DNA from: Malacoraja senta
Taxonomy: Eukaryota
Assembly: GCA_038087875.1 (NCBI GenBank)
Contig: CM075988.1
Coordinates: forward strand, 2,232,001 to 2,296,000
Reading direction: 5' to 3'
DNA: 64,000 bases
In this document: one piece after another, positions 1 through 11,642 of the stretch
How the letters are laid out: each line of letters opens with the position of its first letter
How positions within the stretch are numbered: position 1 is the first letter of the stretch
Position numbers and translations under genes: made by a program
Notes under the pieces: generated by a model
What the model was told of the DNA's origin: nothing
The model's input: the letters and a program-made list of their open reading frames with translations, nothing else
Databases searched by the model: none

Positions 1-153
1 CTGTAATTTCTACATGGTGAAACCAAAATGTATAAAAATGACCTTTAATAAAATCTGACAATGTGCATTTTAACCACGTGATTTTTTTTCTATTACAAAT
101 CTCAAATTGTGGAGTAAATAAATGGGTCTTTTTCCCAAACATGGAGGGCACTG
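1..153. mobile_element. Terminal fragment of a Tc1/mariner-like DNA transposon, cut by the window edge
   Basis: Ends ...ATGGAGGGCACTG followed by TA (154-155). The reverse complement TA-CAGTGCCCTCC is a typical Tc1 TIR start with a TA target. Confidence 0.55.
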
Positions 154-1644
154 TATAACTGGTGTAGAAGCTCAGTGTCAAATTAATGATGGGCTGTTTT
201 TTTAATAGGACTGAATCTTGTTTGAGCTGTTTAAATATTCATGGCTGCGTGATGGGGGGAGGGGGGGGGGAATGATAGAGGATTTACATGCTTCCAGTTC
301 AGAGTAGGCGTAGTGTGACTCAATGAAGGTTGCTTTAGACACTTGTTCCCACGCATCTCTTGATGTGTTAATTTGACATTTTCTACTGAGGAAAGCGAAC
401 GTGAAAATTTTCATTGAGGTGATGCATTGCATCAAGACTACCTGGATAACACCTCTGAAAGCTTACAGATATTCTCGTCTGCAGGGGTAACTACAGCAAG
501 TGTACTGGAATACCAGTACTAAAATACTGGAATACCAGCACTTTCAAGTTACCTTTGTAGTTGCACACAGTCCATCAAAAATGATGTACTTTCACTGTTC
601 AGGGAAAATTCTGGAACCTTGTACCTAATAATAACACGGAAGTAACGTCACAGAAGTTACGGGTGTTCAAGAGGCACCTTGTCAATGGCAATTAGGGAAA
701 AGCTGTCGATGCTACATTGACTGTAAGGTCTGGACTGTCTGAATAATTTAACAAAGGCTTTAGCTTGGTTACATTGATATCCTTGGTTCCCAGGTTAGAG
801 GTACAGTTCAGGTGCTGCTTGGCTTAGCAAAATCAACACATATCAACAGTTGAGTTTGGGATTGAGGTTGTCGTCAAAATTACCTGGCGTGCACAGGGTG
901 GATTTGTTCTGCACGCAAATGTCTTTAAAAAAAATGGGTCCTTTGCTTTTCACTTCGTATAACAAATCTTGCTCCAGCTTTAGTTGCAGCCTTTTTTTCC
1001 TCTGATTACTTGTTAATTCTGTTATTTTTAGCACAGACTGTTGAATTACAAGGTACTAAAGGTAATATTTCCGACGTTCTTATTTCATACCAAAAATTGA
1101 CGGTACAAGGCTCGGTTTAGGATTTCAAGCCCTGAGCCCTTAAGTGCCCTGCATAGATCAAAAAATATGTTGCGGGGAGTTAGCGGGAGGGGAAAAAGAG
1201 GGATCCAGGTAGGCAAGTGAAAATAATGCTTCAGTATATTTTGAAAGGTGATAATTTCTAAAACATTGCTGAGTGGTTTCTCCAATGTTTCATAAATGAC
1301 ATATTTTCTACATTGTTTGATACGAGAGATACAGATTGTTGGTCTGCACTAATGAAAATATGGAGTAGAATTTAGCCAAAGGTTTTGTAGAATATTTTAC
1401 AGCGCAGGAATAGAAGTTGCTGAGCAAGGTGAAACTAAGCAAAGTGATGTAAGTTGTATGAGTCTCAGAGGAGAATTCCAAAGGGAAGGGAAATGTAGAT
1501 ACAGCATAAATGACCTTAATCTATCAGAACAGAGGAAAAAACAAAACATTATTAAGATGGGGGGCTTGAGAAGATTCTGAAGATGGCATAGGGTAGGTTA
1601 TGGCAAGATTTGAAGTTGAGGATCAGAAGTTCAACCTCGCAGGA

Positions 1645-2108
1645 CGGCACGTTGGCACAGTGGTAGAGTTGCTGCCTTACAGCGCCGGAGATCTGGTTTT
1701 GATCCTGACTACGGGTGCTGTCTGTATGAAGTTTATACGTTCTCCCTGTGACCTGCATGGGTTTTCTGTGGGAGCTCTAACTAGCATTCCAGTAAAATAC
1801 AATCCAAGTCTGTCAAATCTATCCTTGTAGCTAATACCCTTTAATGCAGGCAGCATTCCAGTAAACCTCTGCTGCTTCCTCTCCAAATCTTCCTCTGGGT
1901 GCTCCGGTTTCCTCCACACTCCAAGCAAGCCAATACTACCACTGGGTTCTTTGTGAAGGAAGATTTGTACATTATAGGTTGTAGGCTGTACATTGTTGGC
2001 TCATAGGCTTGGTAACCTAATGTGTGCGATATTAGCGTGCGGGGATCGCTGGTCGGCGCAGACTCTGTTTCCACGCTGTAACTCTAAGCAAAACAAAACT
2101 AAACTAAA
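1645..2108 (+). mobile_element. tRNA-derived HE1-like SINE, interrupted by a short CR1 fragment (~1780-1893)
   Basis: Box A-like GGCACAGTGGTAGAG and box B-like GGTTTTGATCC, a conserved body, and a 3' tail TGTTTCCACGCTGTAACTCT plus (A/C/T)AAA repeats shared with local CR1 3' ends. The internal segment matches CR1 RT C-terminal sequence on the minus strand. Confidence 0.75.
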
Positions 2109-2119
2109 TTCTGAAGATT

Positions 2120-2220
2120 TGAAGGTCTGAACAAGGGTCTCGACCCGAAACGTCACCCATTCCTTCTCTCCAGAGATGCCGTCTGTCCCGCTGAGTTACT
2201 CCTGCATTTTGTGTCTACCT
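2120..2220 (+). repeat. Penelope-derived terminal repeat with a hammerhead-like core carrying a G8>C change
   Basis: CTGAACAAGGGTCTCGACCCGAAACGTC at 2127-2154, followed by the conserved ACCCATTCCTTCTCTCCAGAGATGC...GAGTTACTCC block seen many times in the window. Confidence 0.7.
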
Positions 2221-3733
2221 AACTAAATTCAACTCACCTTCTAATCCAACTCAGAAGTATTTAAATACGTTGTGTACTGATTATTCCACCTAGGCTTGAA
2301 TATGGCTTTGAATTGAACAGGATGTTGAGGTCATGAGGTGGTAAATTCATTGAGCAAGCAGCTGGAAGTGGTGTTGTAACTAGTACCCACAGTTTCTAGT
2401 TGGTTCGGATTTGTAATTGTTGAACCAGAGAAACCAAGGACACATCTTACTAATGAATGACATAATTTGTGGTCAGAATTGAGGTTGGAGTGAAAGTGTA
2501 AAGCTTGGATTTGAAGTGAGTGTTATCTTAGGGATGAAGGTTAGAACCTTGAGGCAAATTCATAATTTTTCTCATAAGTGAAATCATAAAATGTTCTTTA
2601 GCCACGTACTGCAGTTACCAAGACTAGCGAGTTTATGTTTACACAGTGACGTGAGCAATAGTTTTGTTTTGTCTCAGTCTTATGGTTGCAGAATCTTTAT
2701 TTGGACTCAGCATTTGATGCCTCCTTGAACTTGGTTTTGAGATTATGGAATGCAAGGCAGGCTAGTTTGACAGCTGCCAGAAGATGTTTGAGAAAATTGC
2801 TTTAAATGTGGGGAGGTGCAAGGATGGAGATCCGTCTGTGATGAAAGTCTGCTGAGAATGGGGCTTTGATGACACAATCTTAGTGCTTACATTAGAAATA
2901 TTGAGTCCAACCTAATCCAGATTGCACAATTTATTATTATTCTTATTCATGGTGGGGATTTAGAAGGGCATAGTAATTGTGATAAGGGTCCCTTATTTAG
3001 AGGACAGAAAGAAAGTACAGTGGAGTAATTGGTGATGGAGCCGAACCCATCACACTAAACAATTTGTGTTCTTGCGGACCATGTCTTGAGCAGTGGAGGG
3101 TGATTATTGATTGGATAGTGCTTTTCAACTGCAGCCTCCTCGTGAATTTTCTATGATTTACGTTCATGTTTAACTACAGTAAAACTCTGATCTGCTATCT
3201 AATTATTTCAAAATGCTAGTCAGTCGCCATCTGGCTAACAGTGATGCTTCCTGTAATTTAAAATCACCAGGGTCCTGTTTCTAGTGCACCCGTAAATGCA
3301 ATGGGATTCTGTTTCCAGCACTGCCTTTAAACTTACCCAGCTCTTTATCCCATGCTCCTTTTGAGCATGCTGGGGCAGGTTGCATTAAAACTGTGTTGGG
3401 ATATTAATAGAAATAACATCCATAAGTCTGGAAAATCTACTCAACCAGCCCCACCAAAATAGGGAGTGTGCCAAATGAATGGAGATTTACTGTGTGTGCC
3501 ACTGAAGTATTAGCAGCCTGCCTGCTTAGAGGTTAGGAAAGGCTGTGTGTGAAATATCCATTTCTCATCACAAGGATATACTATTGTTAAACACGTGGAC
3601 AATGCTGCTGTATTATCAGCATTTGCTCAAAGCAAGCAGCTCTTCGCTGCTCCCACCATCCTTTGGCTAAATAGAAACTTACTTAACTATATGGGGCTCG
3701 AGCTTACCTCTGCTTTGCCATTTAATGAAATTG

Positions 3734-4755
3734 AGTCATAGAGTGATACAGTGTGGAAACGGGCCCAATCTGCCCACACCGGCCAACATGTCCCAGCTAC
3801 ACTGGTCCCACCTGCCTGTGCCTGGTCCATATCCCTCCAAACCTGTCCTACATGTACCTGTCCAACTGTTTCTTAAATGTTGGGATAGTCTCAGCCTCAA
3901 GTAGGCAGCTGTCTGGCAGGTTGTTCCATGCACCCACCACCATTTGTGTGAAAAAGTTACCCCTGAGATGCCTATTAAATCTTTTCCCCTTCACCTTGAA
4001 CCTATGTCCTCTGGTCCTAGATTCCCCTACTCTGGGCAAGAGACTCTGTGCACCAGATCTATTCCTCTCATGATTTTTACACCTCTATACTATAAGATCA
4101 CCCCTCATTCTCCTGCGCTCCAAGGAATAGAGACCCAGCCTACTCATCCTCTCCCTTTAGCTCGCACCCTCTAGTCCTGGCACCATCCTCGTAAACCTTC
4201 TCTGAACCCTTTCAAGCTTGACAATATCTTTCCTATAGCATGGTGCCCAGACCTGAACACAATATTCCAAAGCAGTCTCACCAACATCTTATACAACTGC
4301 AACATGATCTCCCAACTTCTATGTGTAGGGAAGAACTGCAGATGCTGGTTTAAATCAAAGGTAGACACAATGCTGGAGTAACTCAGCAGGACAGGCAGCA
4401 TCTCTGGAGAGAAGGAATGGGTGACGTTGTGACTCTATTTCAGAAGGGTCTTGACCCAAAACGTCACCCTGTGTCTACTTCCCAACTTTTGTGTCTACTT
4501 CCCAACTTCTATACTCAATACCCTGACTCATGAAGGCCAATGTGTTAAAAAACATTTTGGCCCATGTACCTGCAGCCCTAGATCCCTCTGCTCTAGAGCC
4601 TACTGTTCACTGTGTAGGCCCTGCCCTTGTTAGATGTCCCAAAATGCAACGTCTGACACTTCTCTGTATTAAATTCCAACAACCATTACTCAGCCCACTT
4701 GGCCAATCTATCCAGATGCTGCTCTCATGATTCACAACCATCTTCACTATCTGAA
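3734..4755 (-). mobile_element. 5'-truncated CR1-clade LINE, interrupted by a Penelope-derived repeat at 4323-4499
   Basis: ORF 3848-4039 gives the CR1 C-terminus (RTRGHRFKV...NFFTQMVVGAWNNLP). The insert is flanked by a TCCCAACTTCTAT duplication (4310-4322 and 4500-4512). Confidence 0.85.
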
Positions 4756-4804
4756 ATCATGGCTAATCATTCTGCTTGCGCACGCGCATGCACGCGCACA
4801 CACA

Positions 4805-5070
4805 CACACCGTCTTTACCCCACCAGTCTCCATATCCAATGCATCATCCTCCAGCATTTCCGTCATCTCCAATGTGATCCCTTTCTGTCTTCTGCAGAGA
4901 CCGCTCTCTTGGCAACTCCTTGGTTCACTTAACTCTTCCCACCCAACCTTCCCCTCCCAAGGTACTTTCACCAGCTTCCACAAGATATGTAACACCTGAC
5001 CCTATACCTTCTCCCTCGCCTCCATCCATGGATCCCAGCAGTCCTTCCAGGTGAGACAGATTCATGTGCA
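4805..5070 (+). pseudogene. Degenerate Penelope-like element ORF fragment (linker region before the GIY-YIG domain)
   Basis: Translates in pieces as LYPTSLHIQCIILQHFRHLQCDP and GTFTSFHKICNT. The downstream DNA matches the Penelope copy at 39403-39660. Confidence 0.65.
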
Positions 5071-5917
5071 CATGAAAATGCTTTTAAATATATAAAAGAT
5101 ATATAATGGAATCCTGAACTAGGTTATAGCTTATTTTGTCTCAAGCAGGCCTTTTCCAGTGGATTGATAAGAGAGAGAGACAAGCCCGGACTTGCCTCAG
5201 GTTGCTGTGTATTGAGACAATGACCGATGCCTTTGAAATGTGTCTACCAATTGATGAGAGAGAGAGAGAAGCTCAGACTTGTCTCAGTGATGTATATTGA
5301 GACAATGACCGATGCCTTTGAGATGCCTTGTCTTGAAAGTACCAACTGATACAGGGCTCTCACTTAACTTTTTTCCCCCTGTTGCCAGCTGGGCAACCTA
5401 GGCAGCTTTTTAGGTTGCCAAATGACAGTTTAGGTGGTCATTTAAGACTGTTTGTATGACGCGTGTGATAATGTGCTCGGACGAAGTGCGTAGTTACCAG
5501 TCGGAATTATGCTCAATGAAGCATTTACATATTATTTCTGCTTCAAATAAAGTCACAAACTAAAGATATTCACCAATCAAGACATGATATATACCACAAT
5601 GACATGCAGCAAAATTATAATACAGTATCTCAACTCTTTTTACACATTGCAATTAATGCAATTTCTATTCGTTCTTTCCACTTCCAAACAAAGATGTGGT
5701 TGGATTATTCAGGGTATGATCAACCTGTGTCAATAAATCCTGGACCATGGTAACATATATACTTATCCATGCACACTACAGATTGATGCAAGCATGTTTT
5801 CTGTGAAGGACCAAAAATTACCATGACATGGCCATAGCATGGGTCGTTATTGCTATTGGTACAGAAACACTCTCGCTTCCCACATAATTTATACATAACA
5901 AAATATACAGGTTACAA

Positions 5918-6845
5918 GGAAATAGGTGCAGGAGTAGGCCATTCGGCCCTTCGAGCCTGCACCGCCATTCAATATGATCATGGCTGATCATCCAACTCAG
6001 TATCCCGTACCTGCCTTCTCTCCATACCCCCTGATCCCTTTAGCCACAAGGGCCACATCTAACTCCCTCTTAAATATAGCCAATGAACTGGCCTCAACTA
6101 CCCTCTGTGGCAGAGAGTTCCAGAGATTCACCACTCTCTGTGTGAAAAAGTTTTTTCTCATCTCGGTCTTAAAGGATTTCCCCCTTATCCTTAAGCTGTG
6201 ACCCCTTGTCCTGGACTTCCCCAACATCGGGAACAATCTTCCTGCATCTAGCCTGTCCAACCCCATAAGAATTTTGTACGTTTCTATAAGATCCCCTCTC
6301 AATCTCCTAAATTCTAGCAAGTATAAGCCAAGTCTATCCAGTCTTTCTTCATATGAAGGTCCTGACATCCCAGGAATCAGTCTGGTGAACCTTCTCTGCA
6401 CTCCCTCTAGGGCTATAATGTCCTTCCTCAGATTTGGAGACCAAAACTGTATGCAATACTCCAGGTGTGGTCTCACCAAGACCCTGTACAACTGTAGTAG
6501 AACCTCCCTGCTCCTATACTCAAATCCTTTTGCTATGAATGCTAACATACCATTCGCTTTCTTCACTGCCTGCTGCACCTGCATGCCTACTTTCAATGAC
6601 TGGTGTACCATGACACCCAGGTCTCGCTGCATCTCCCCTTTTCCTAATCGGCCACCATTTAGATAATAGTCTGCTTTCCTGTTTTTGCCACCAAAGTGGA
6701 TAACCTCACATTTATCCACATTATACTGCATCTGCCAAACATTTGCCCACTCACCCAGCCTATCCAAGTCACCTTGCAGTCTCCTAGCATCCTCCTCACA
6801 GCTAACACTGCCCCCCAGCTTAGTGTCTTCCGCAAACTTGGAGAT
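5918..6845 (-). mobile_element. Young 5'-truncated CR1-clade LINE (RT C-terminal part, frame still open)
   Basis: ORF 5997-6935 has ISKFAEDTKLGG...[13 protein letters not shown]...RLRGDLIETYK...RTRGH...LWNSLP. It is nearly identical to 59355-60260 in the opposite orientation. Confidence 0.95.
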
Positions 6846-7649
6846 CTCTACCCAATCTGACTCTACCCAAACCGACTCTACCCAATCTGACTGGTTAAAC
6901 ATTACACCAACTGACAAGAGATGGCCAAAGGACATAACTGCAGCAAATCTTCTTTTTGTTAAGAATGTTTAATATGTAATATGTTTAAAGGTGTCAAAAT
7001 GCCACATTACCGGACATTCAGATTAGATGTACGTGTTGTGAACAGCAATGAAGATACCCAGTTTGAATGCACCAGATTAAAAAAAAAAAATTGATAAAGG
7101 CTGTTTCCATCATTCCCACCAGAATTAACGTTAAAATTTCATATGAAGTATCTCCTGACCAAATTTGTGATGTATATGACCGACTGTAGAAGTAAAACCT
7201 GGATAAATCCACCATATAGTTGTGAATATTGCTTATTAAATAACTATAGTACTGATGCTCCATATTAAGACCATTGATTTGCCGTTAAAATGAATTCTGT
7301 AATAACGTGTCAACGGTAGCAGTGACAATTGAACACTGCGGTTTTAATGTTTCACATGTTCACAATTTAATTAATCCATCTTTATGGACTAAAACAAATA
7401 ATAACATTGGGAATTAAAACACTTTTGATTGCATTCCGTTATCAAACATAGTCAATGTTAGCTCTGAAGACATTTCCAGCACAATAGGGTGGGGGGGGGA
7501 TGTGAATCAGTGCGGGTGGATAGATGGGGGGGGGGGGGGGTTGAGAAGGCAATTCGTGCGGTATGGATGGATTGAGGCAGGTGAATTAGTATGTGTTGGT
7601 TGGAGTATGTAAAATTGTGAGGGGCGAGCACGGGGGGTGTCAGTAGTGA

Positions 7650-8260
7650 TGAATGGGGGGATCAGAACAGGATGGACGGGGGGTCGGATCAGTACAGGAT
7701 GAATGGGGGGTCAGTATAGGATGAATGGGGGTAGACAAAAATGCTGGAGAAACTCAGCGGGACAGGCAGCAACTATGGGCAACGTTTCGGGTCGAGACCC
7801 TTCTTCAGACCGTTCCCCCCCCATTCTTCTTGAATGGGGGGATCAGTACAGGATGGATGGGGGGGATCAGCACAGGAGGAAGGGGTGGATCAGTACAGGA
7901 TGAATGGGAGTCAGTACAGTGTGGATCGGAGTGTCTGCAGGATGAATGGAGATCACTACAGGATGAATGAGGGGCTCAGTACAGGATGAATGGTGGGATC
8001 TGTACAGGATGAATGGGGGATCAGTAAAAGATGAATGGGGATCAGGAAAAGATGAATGGGGGATCAGTAAAAGATAAATGGGGGATCAGTACAGGATGAA
8101 TGGGGGGATCAGTACAGGATGAATGAGGCGATCAGTACAGGATGAATGAGGGGATGAATGTGGGGAATGAGGGGATCAGTACAGGATGAATGGAGGAGAA
8201 GTGCAGGATGGATGGGAAGGAGGGTAAGTACAGGATGAATTGGGGGACCAGTGTAGGGTG
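7650..8260. repeat. Minisatellite with a ~21-22 bp unit (GGGGATCAGTACAGGATGAAT), interrupted by a Penelope-derived repeat at ~7730-7810
   Basis: Repeated GATCAGTACAGGATGAAT units are directly visible. Confidence 0.9.
7781..7808 (-). ncRNA. Minimal hammerhead ribozyme motif with a GUU cleavage triplet
   Basis: The minus strand reads CTGAAGA-A-GGGT-CTCG-ACCC-GAAA-CG-TT. Confidence 0.5.
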
Positions 8261-8640
8261 GATGGGTGGTTGGCAGGAGAATCAATGCGAGATGGACAGG
8301 GTGATCAGCGCAGGATGAATAGATTGGGGGGTAGATGGGGAGGGGAACACAGGGGATGTCAGTGAGGACTGAATAGAGGGCGGAATGGGGATCAATGCGT
8401 GATGGAGGAGGGGTCCCAGGATAAGGGGGGGTGGAGGGGGGCGTACGAGAGAGAGGGGGGGGGGGCGAGGTGGGGTGGAAGGAAGGTCAGCGCTCCTCGG
8501 ACCACATTGCCCCACTGCCTTGGCCGTCCCTGTCCACCGCCAAGTGCCGCCGCCAAAGGGAGATGCGGTTGGGATCTCCTCGCCACCGCCTCCCCACCTC
8601 TGCCAGCCAGCAGAAAGGCACGGGGCCGAGCGGTGCAGCT

Positions 8641-8668
8641 CAAAGATCCTATAGCTATAGGATCTTTG
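8641..8668. mobile_element. 28-bp perfect palindrome made of two abutting 14-bp TIRs, with 8-bp TSD GTGCAGCT
   Basis: CAAAGATCCTATAG|CTATAGGATCTTTG, with GTGCAGCT at 8633-8640 and 8669-8676. Confidence 0.75.
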
Positions 8669-11350
8669 GTGCAGCTGCTTCAGACGGCGGAAGGAGGCCT
8701 CCCCCTCCCTCCCTCCCGGCCTCGGCATGCGGGAGGGTTTGTTTTGAAAGCGCCTTTGGCAGAGTGGCAGGCAGCGGCCGCTATCAGGGCGGGCGGGGTG
8801 CGGGAGGAGGAGGAGATGGAGCCGCTTTCGCGGCCGCTGTGCGGGGCCTATCATTCGCTCCGACCATTCGTCACCCTTCACCTAGTATCTTTGCCCCGCA
8901 CAACAGCCGTCGCCGACACAAAATGTCACGTTCCTTTTCTCCAGAGATGCTGCCTGACCCGCTGAGTTACTCCAATTTTTTGTGTCTATCTTCGGTATAA
9001 ACCAGTATTTGCAGTGCCAAGCCGGGCAAAATGACTCGGTGTTTAGGTTGCCCGGCGGCATTTTGGGTGGTCAATGGCACCCGGGCAACCGCTAATTTCG
9101 AGCCCTGTGATAAGATGCCTTGAAATGTGTCTACTAATTGACAAGAGACGAGCTCAGATGCATCGTGTGGTAATGTGTATTGACTGTATCTCTGACCATG
9201 ACTAACATCTTTGGAATGTGACTAAGTGACAAACGCACAGCATAAAAGATCATGCAACTCTGCTCATTGAAGTGGTGGCACAGGGGAAGTCAAGTGTCTG
9301 CTTACTTGACTGATGTGTCCCCGTCACTTTCCGGCTGATGATCAGTAAACCTTGAGTTGGTCTAACTAACCTTTTTGTTAGTTGTCTGTTTGTTAAGTAG
9401 TGAACCTTATCACACATCAGACCTCATCTACTGCACACATTTCTCCCACCACCTGAATCACCCATATCCCTCTCTCCGCCTTTAGATTTCACTTCACTCG
9501 TTCTCTCCTAATCTGGCACCCATTTGTCTTTTCATCACTAGGTTTCGTCATTCCATCCATTTTGCCAATCATCTTTCACCTCACCTGTATCCACATCACT
9601 TGGAAGGCTTTGTCCCACTCCAGCTCTCTTTTCCAGCTTTATGTCCCTCATCTCTATACTCCATCACTTAGGATCCTGACCTAAAAACCTTGTCTGTTCA
9701 TTTCCTCCACAGATGCTGCCTGAGTTTTTCCAGCATTTTGTGGTTTATATGATTTCAGCTTCTGTTTCTTGTGTCAAGACAATTGCATTTAATCTACAAG
9801 CAACAGGAGGATAATGTCGGAGATGTGTGGAATTGGAGACTGAAATTAGATTTTTGAGCTGCAATTAGAACATGGATAGTGTGACCAGTTTTGAACTGTA
9901 TAATGCAATAGCTAGCTTAGGCACAGGCATAATGGGGTTGAATGGCAAACTTCCATGCTTTCAATCTCTATAGATTGACTTGATTAGGTCACGGCAGCCC
10001 CATTTTGTAAGATTAATAGTTTTGATGCATAGTGTTATTAGCTTTCTCAGATCAGGTTGTGTTAGCTCACTATTCATTTTTAAGTTTATCCAATATCTTA
10101 CCAGTTTCATCATGGTTGAACATTAACATCCAACTATTTCTCCTGTATTGTAGCTGCGCAAAGGTGCACCCAGTGTGAAACGTGTCTCCCACACCCGAAT
10201 CCTCTGGTGGCATTGCCAGTTTGATGCCAAGGCCCATGCCTTTCACAGCTCAGTTGAGAGTGCTCAAACATTGTCATATAGTTTGCTTTTTTATTTTTTT
10301 TAATTAATTTTTTATTTATTAGAAGTAAGTACGTTACATTTTGATGGTACCTGTTTACAGGTTCCCAGAATTATTAAAACATTCTATGTACAACTACCTT
10401 TTAAAACATTTTTTAGAAAGAAATGAGAAAGAAAGAAGAAGTGAAGAGTAAAGAGAAGTCTAGTGAGTGTGAAGTAAAGAAAAGAAATGTAAGAAAGTGA
10501 AGCAGAAAGGAGATTCTCCCTCGCCACAAGTCGATGCTTTTTTATGTTCTTAATCATTTTTCGCCCAAACCCAGAATTTTTTAATTTTACAATACTATTC
10601 CACCACATGAATCCACAAGGTCAATAAATGGAGGCCAACTCGTTAAGAATTGGTCTTGTTTATCTATTAGGAGGAGTCTCATTTCTTCCAAGTGGGCAGT
10701 TTCCAACATATTACCAAACCACATTTTGAGTGTTGGTATAGTAGCATTTTTTCAAAATTTAAGTACGAGTTTTTTTGCTGTAATTAAACCATAATTAAAA
10801 AATGAAATTTGGGATATATTTAATTTGTTTCCATCTCCTATTACTCCGAAGATAATCATTTACATATTAGGTTCCATTTTTATCTTAAATAAACTAGTAA
10901 ATATATCAAATATATCACACCAAAATCCATGAAGTTTTGTGCAAGAAACGAAAGAATGTGTGATACTGGCATTTTGAGAAAGACATTTATCACAGATGGG
11001 AGAAATATTTGAATAAAATTTATTCAACCTAACTTTTGAATAATATAATCTATGTAATATTTTAAATTGAATTAAATTATGTCTAGCGTTAATCGAACAT
11101 TTATGTATATATATCAAATACCTCTCCCATGTTTCTTTAGAAATTGTTGACATTAATTCTTTTTCCCAGTCTTCTCTAATTGCCTCTGTTGATGGCAATT
11201 CTCTATTAAGAATACTATTATATAAATATGATATTAATTTTTGTGAGTCCGCCTTAATATTCATTGCTTCTTCCATTGAGTCTATCATTATGCTCTGTAT
11301 TCTTGGTATATATTTTTTTATAAAGTCACATGTCTGTAAATATTTAAAGT

Positions 11351-11642
11351 TGTGGCGGCAGCCTATACACGGGCCACTTATGCTCGAACCCTCGTCAGGA
11401 AGTACGAGGGCGGGCACGTGATGTCATGGGCTAGAGGGAGTGTCCTGGTACTTAAGGTCATCTCACCTCGAGACCACCAGGTGTTCAACCGGTAGCTGAG
11501 CCTGAGGGAACAACCTCGCTCAGCTTCAGCAACAACATTAATAATAGTTAGCGCACCAACCTAACGTGTCGACCCTTGAATAAACAACTGTTTGAACCGG
11601 CCTGACATCTCCTCTTTATTCACCACGTTTGGTGCCGCTACA
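11351..11642 (+). mobile_element. Solo LTR (292 bp, Gypsy-like from its 4-bp TSD) inserted in L1 ORF2
   Basis: TG...CA ends with short inverted repeat TGTGGCGGCA / TGCCGCTACA. TSD AAGT at 11347-11350 and 11643-11646. AATAAA at 11579-11584. Removing it restores the L1 frame ...NQY-FKYLQ... Confidence 0.88.

Larger units (their letters stand above)
5352..9107. mobile_element. Non-autonomous hAT-like DNA transposon (CAGGGCTC...GAGCCCTG) with an apparent 5-bp TSD TGATA, carrying nested inserts
   Basis: 8-bp perfect TIR. TGATA at 5347-5351 and 9108-9112. Subterminal GTTGCC/GGCAAC motifs at both ends. The flanking short tandem repeat (GATGCCTTTGAAATGTGTCTAC) resumes on the far side. Confidence 0.75.

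Noticed and set aside
202..1285. Short minus-strand ORFs near the window start as exons
   Set aside because: No recognisable domain, no consistent splice sites, and lengths within chance expectation.
1645..1720. tRNA gene
   Set aside because: Box A/B-like motifs belong to SINE heads. No cloverleaf can be folded.
5997..6935. 312-aa ORF as a host gene or domesticated RT
   Set aside because: It is a 5'-truncated CR1. The apparent N-terminus (SDWVE repeats) is read-through from a 15-bp tandem triplication at the insertion junction.
7650..8260. Regularly spaced repeats superficially like a CRISPR array (also 25385-25650)
   Set aside because: Head-to-tail minisatellites with no unique spacers, in a vertebrate context with no cas genes.
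8282..9000. Several overlapping 180-200 aa ORFs on both strands
   Set aside because: They arise from GC-rich, stop-poor subterminal DNA of a non-autonomous transposon. They are low complexity with no domain motifs.
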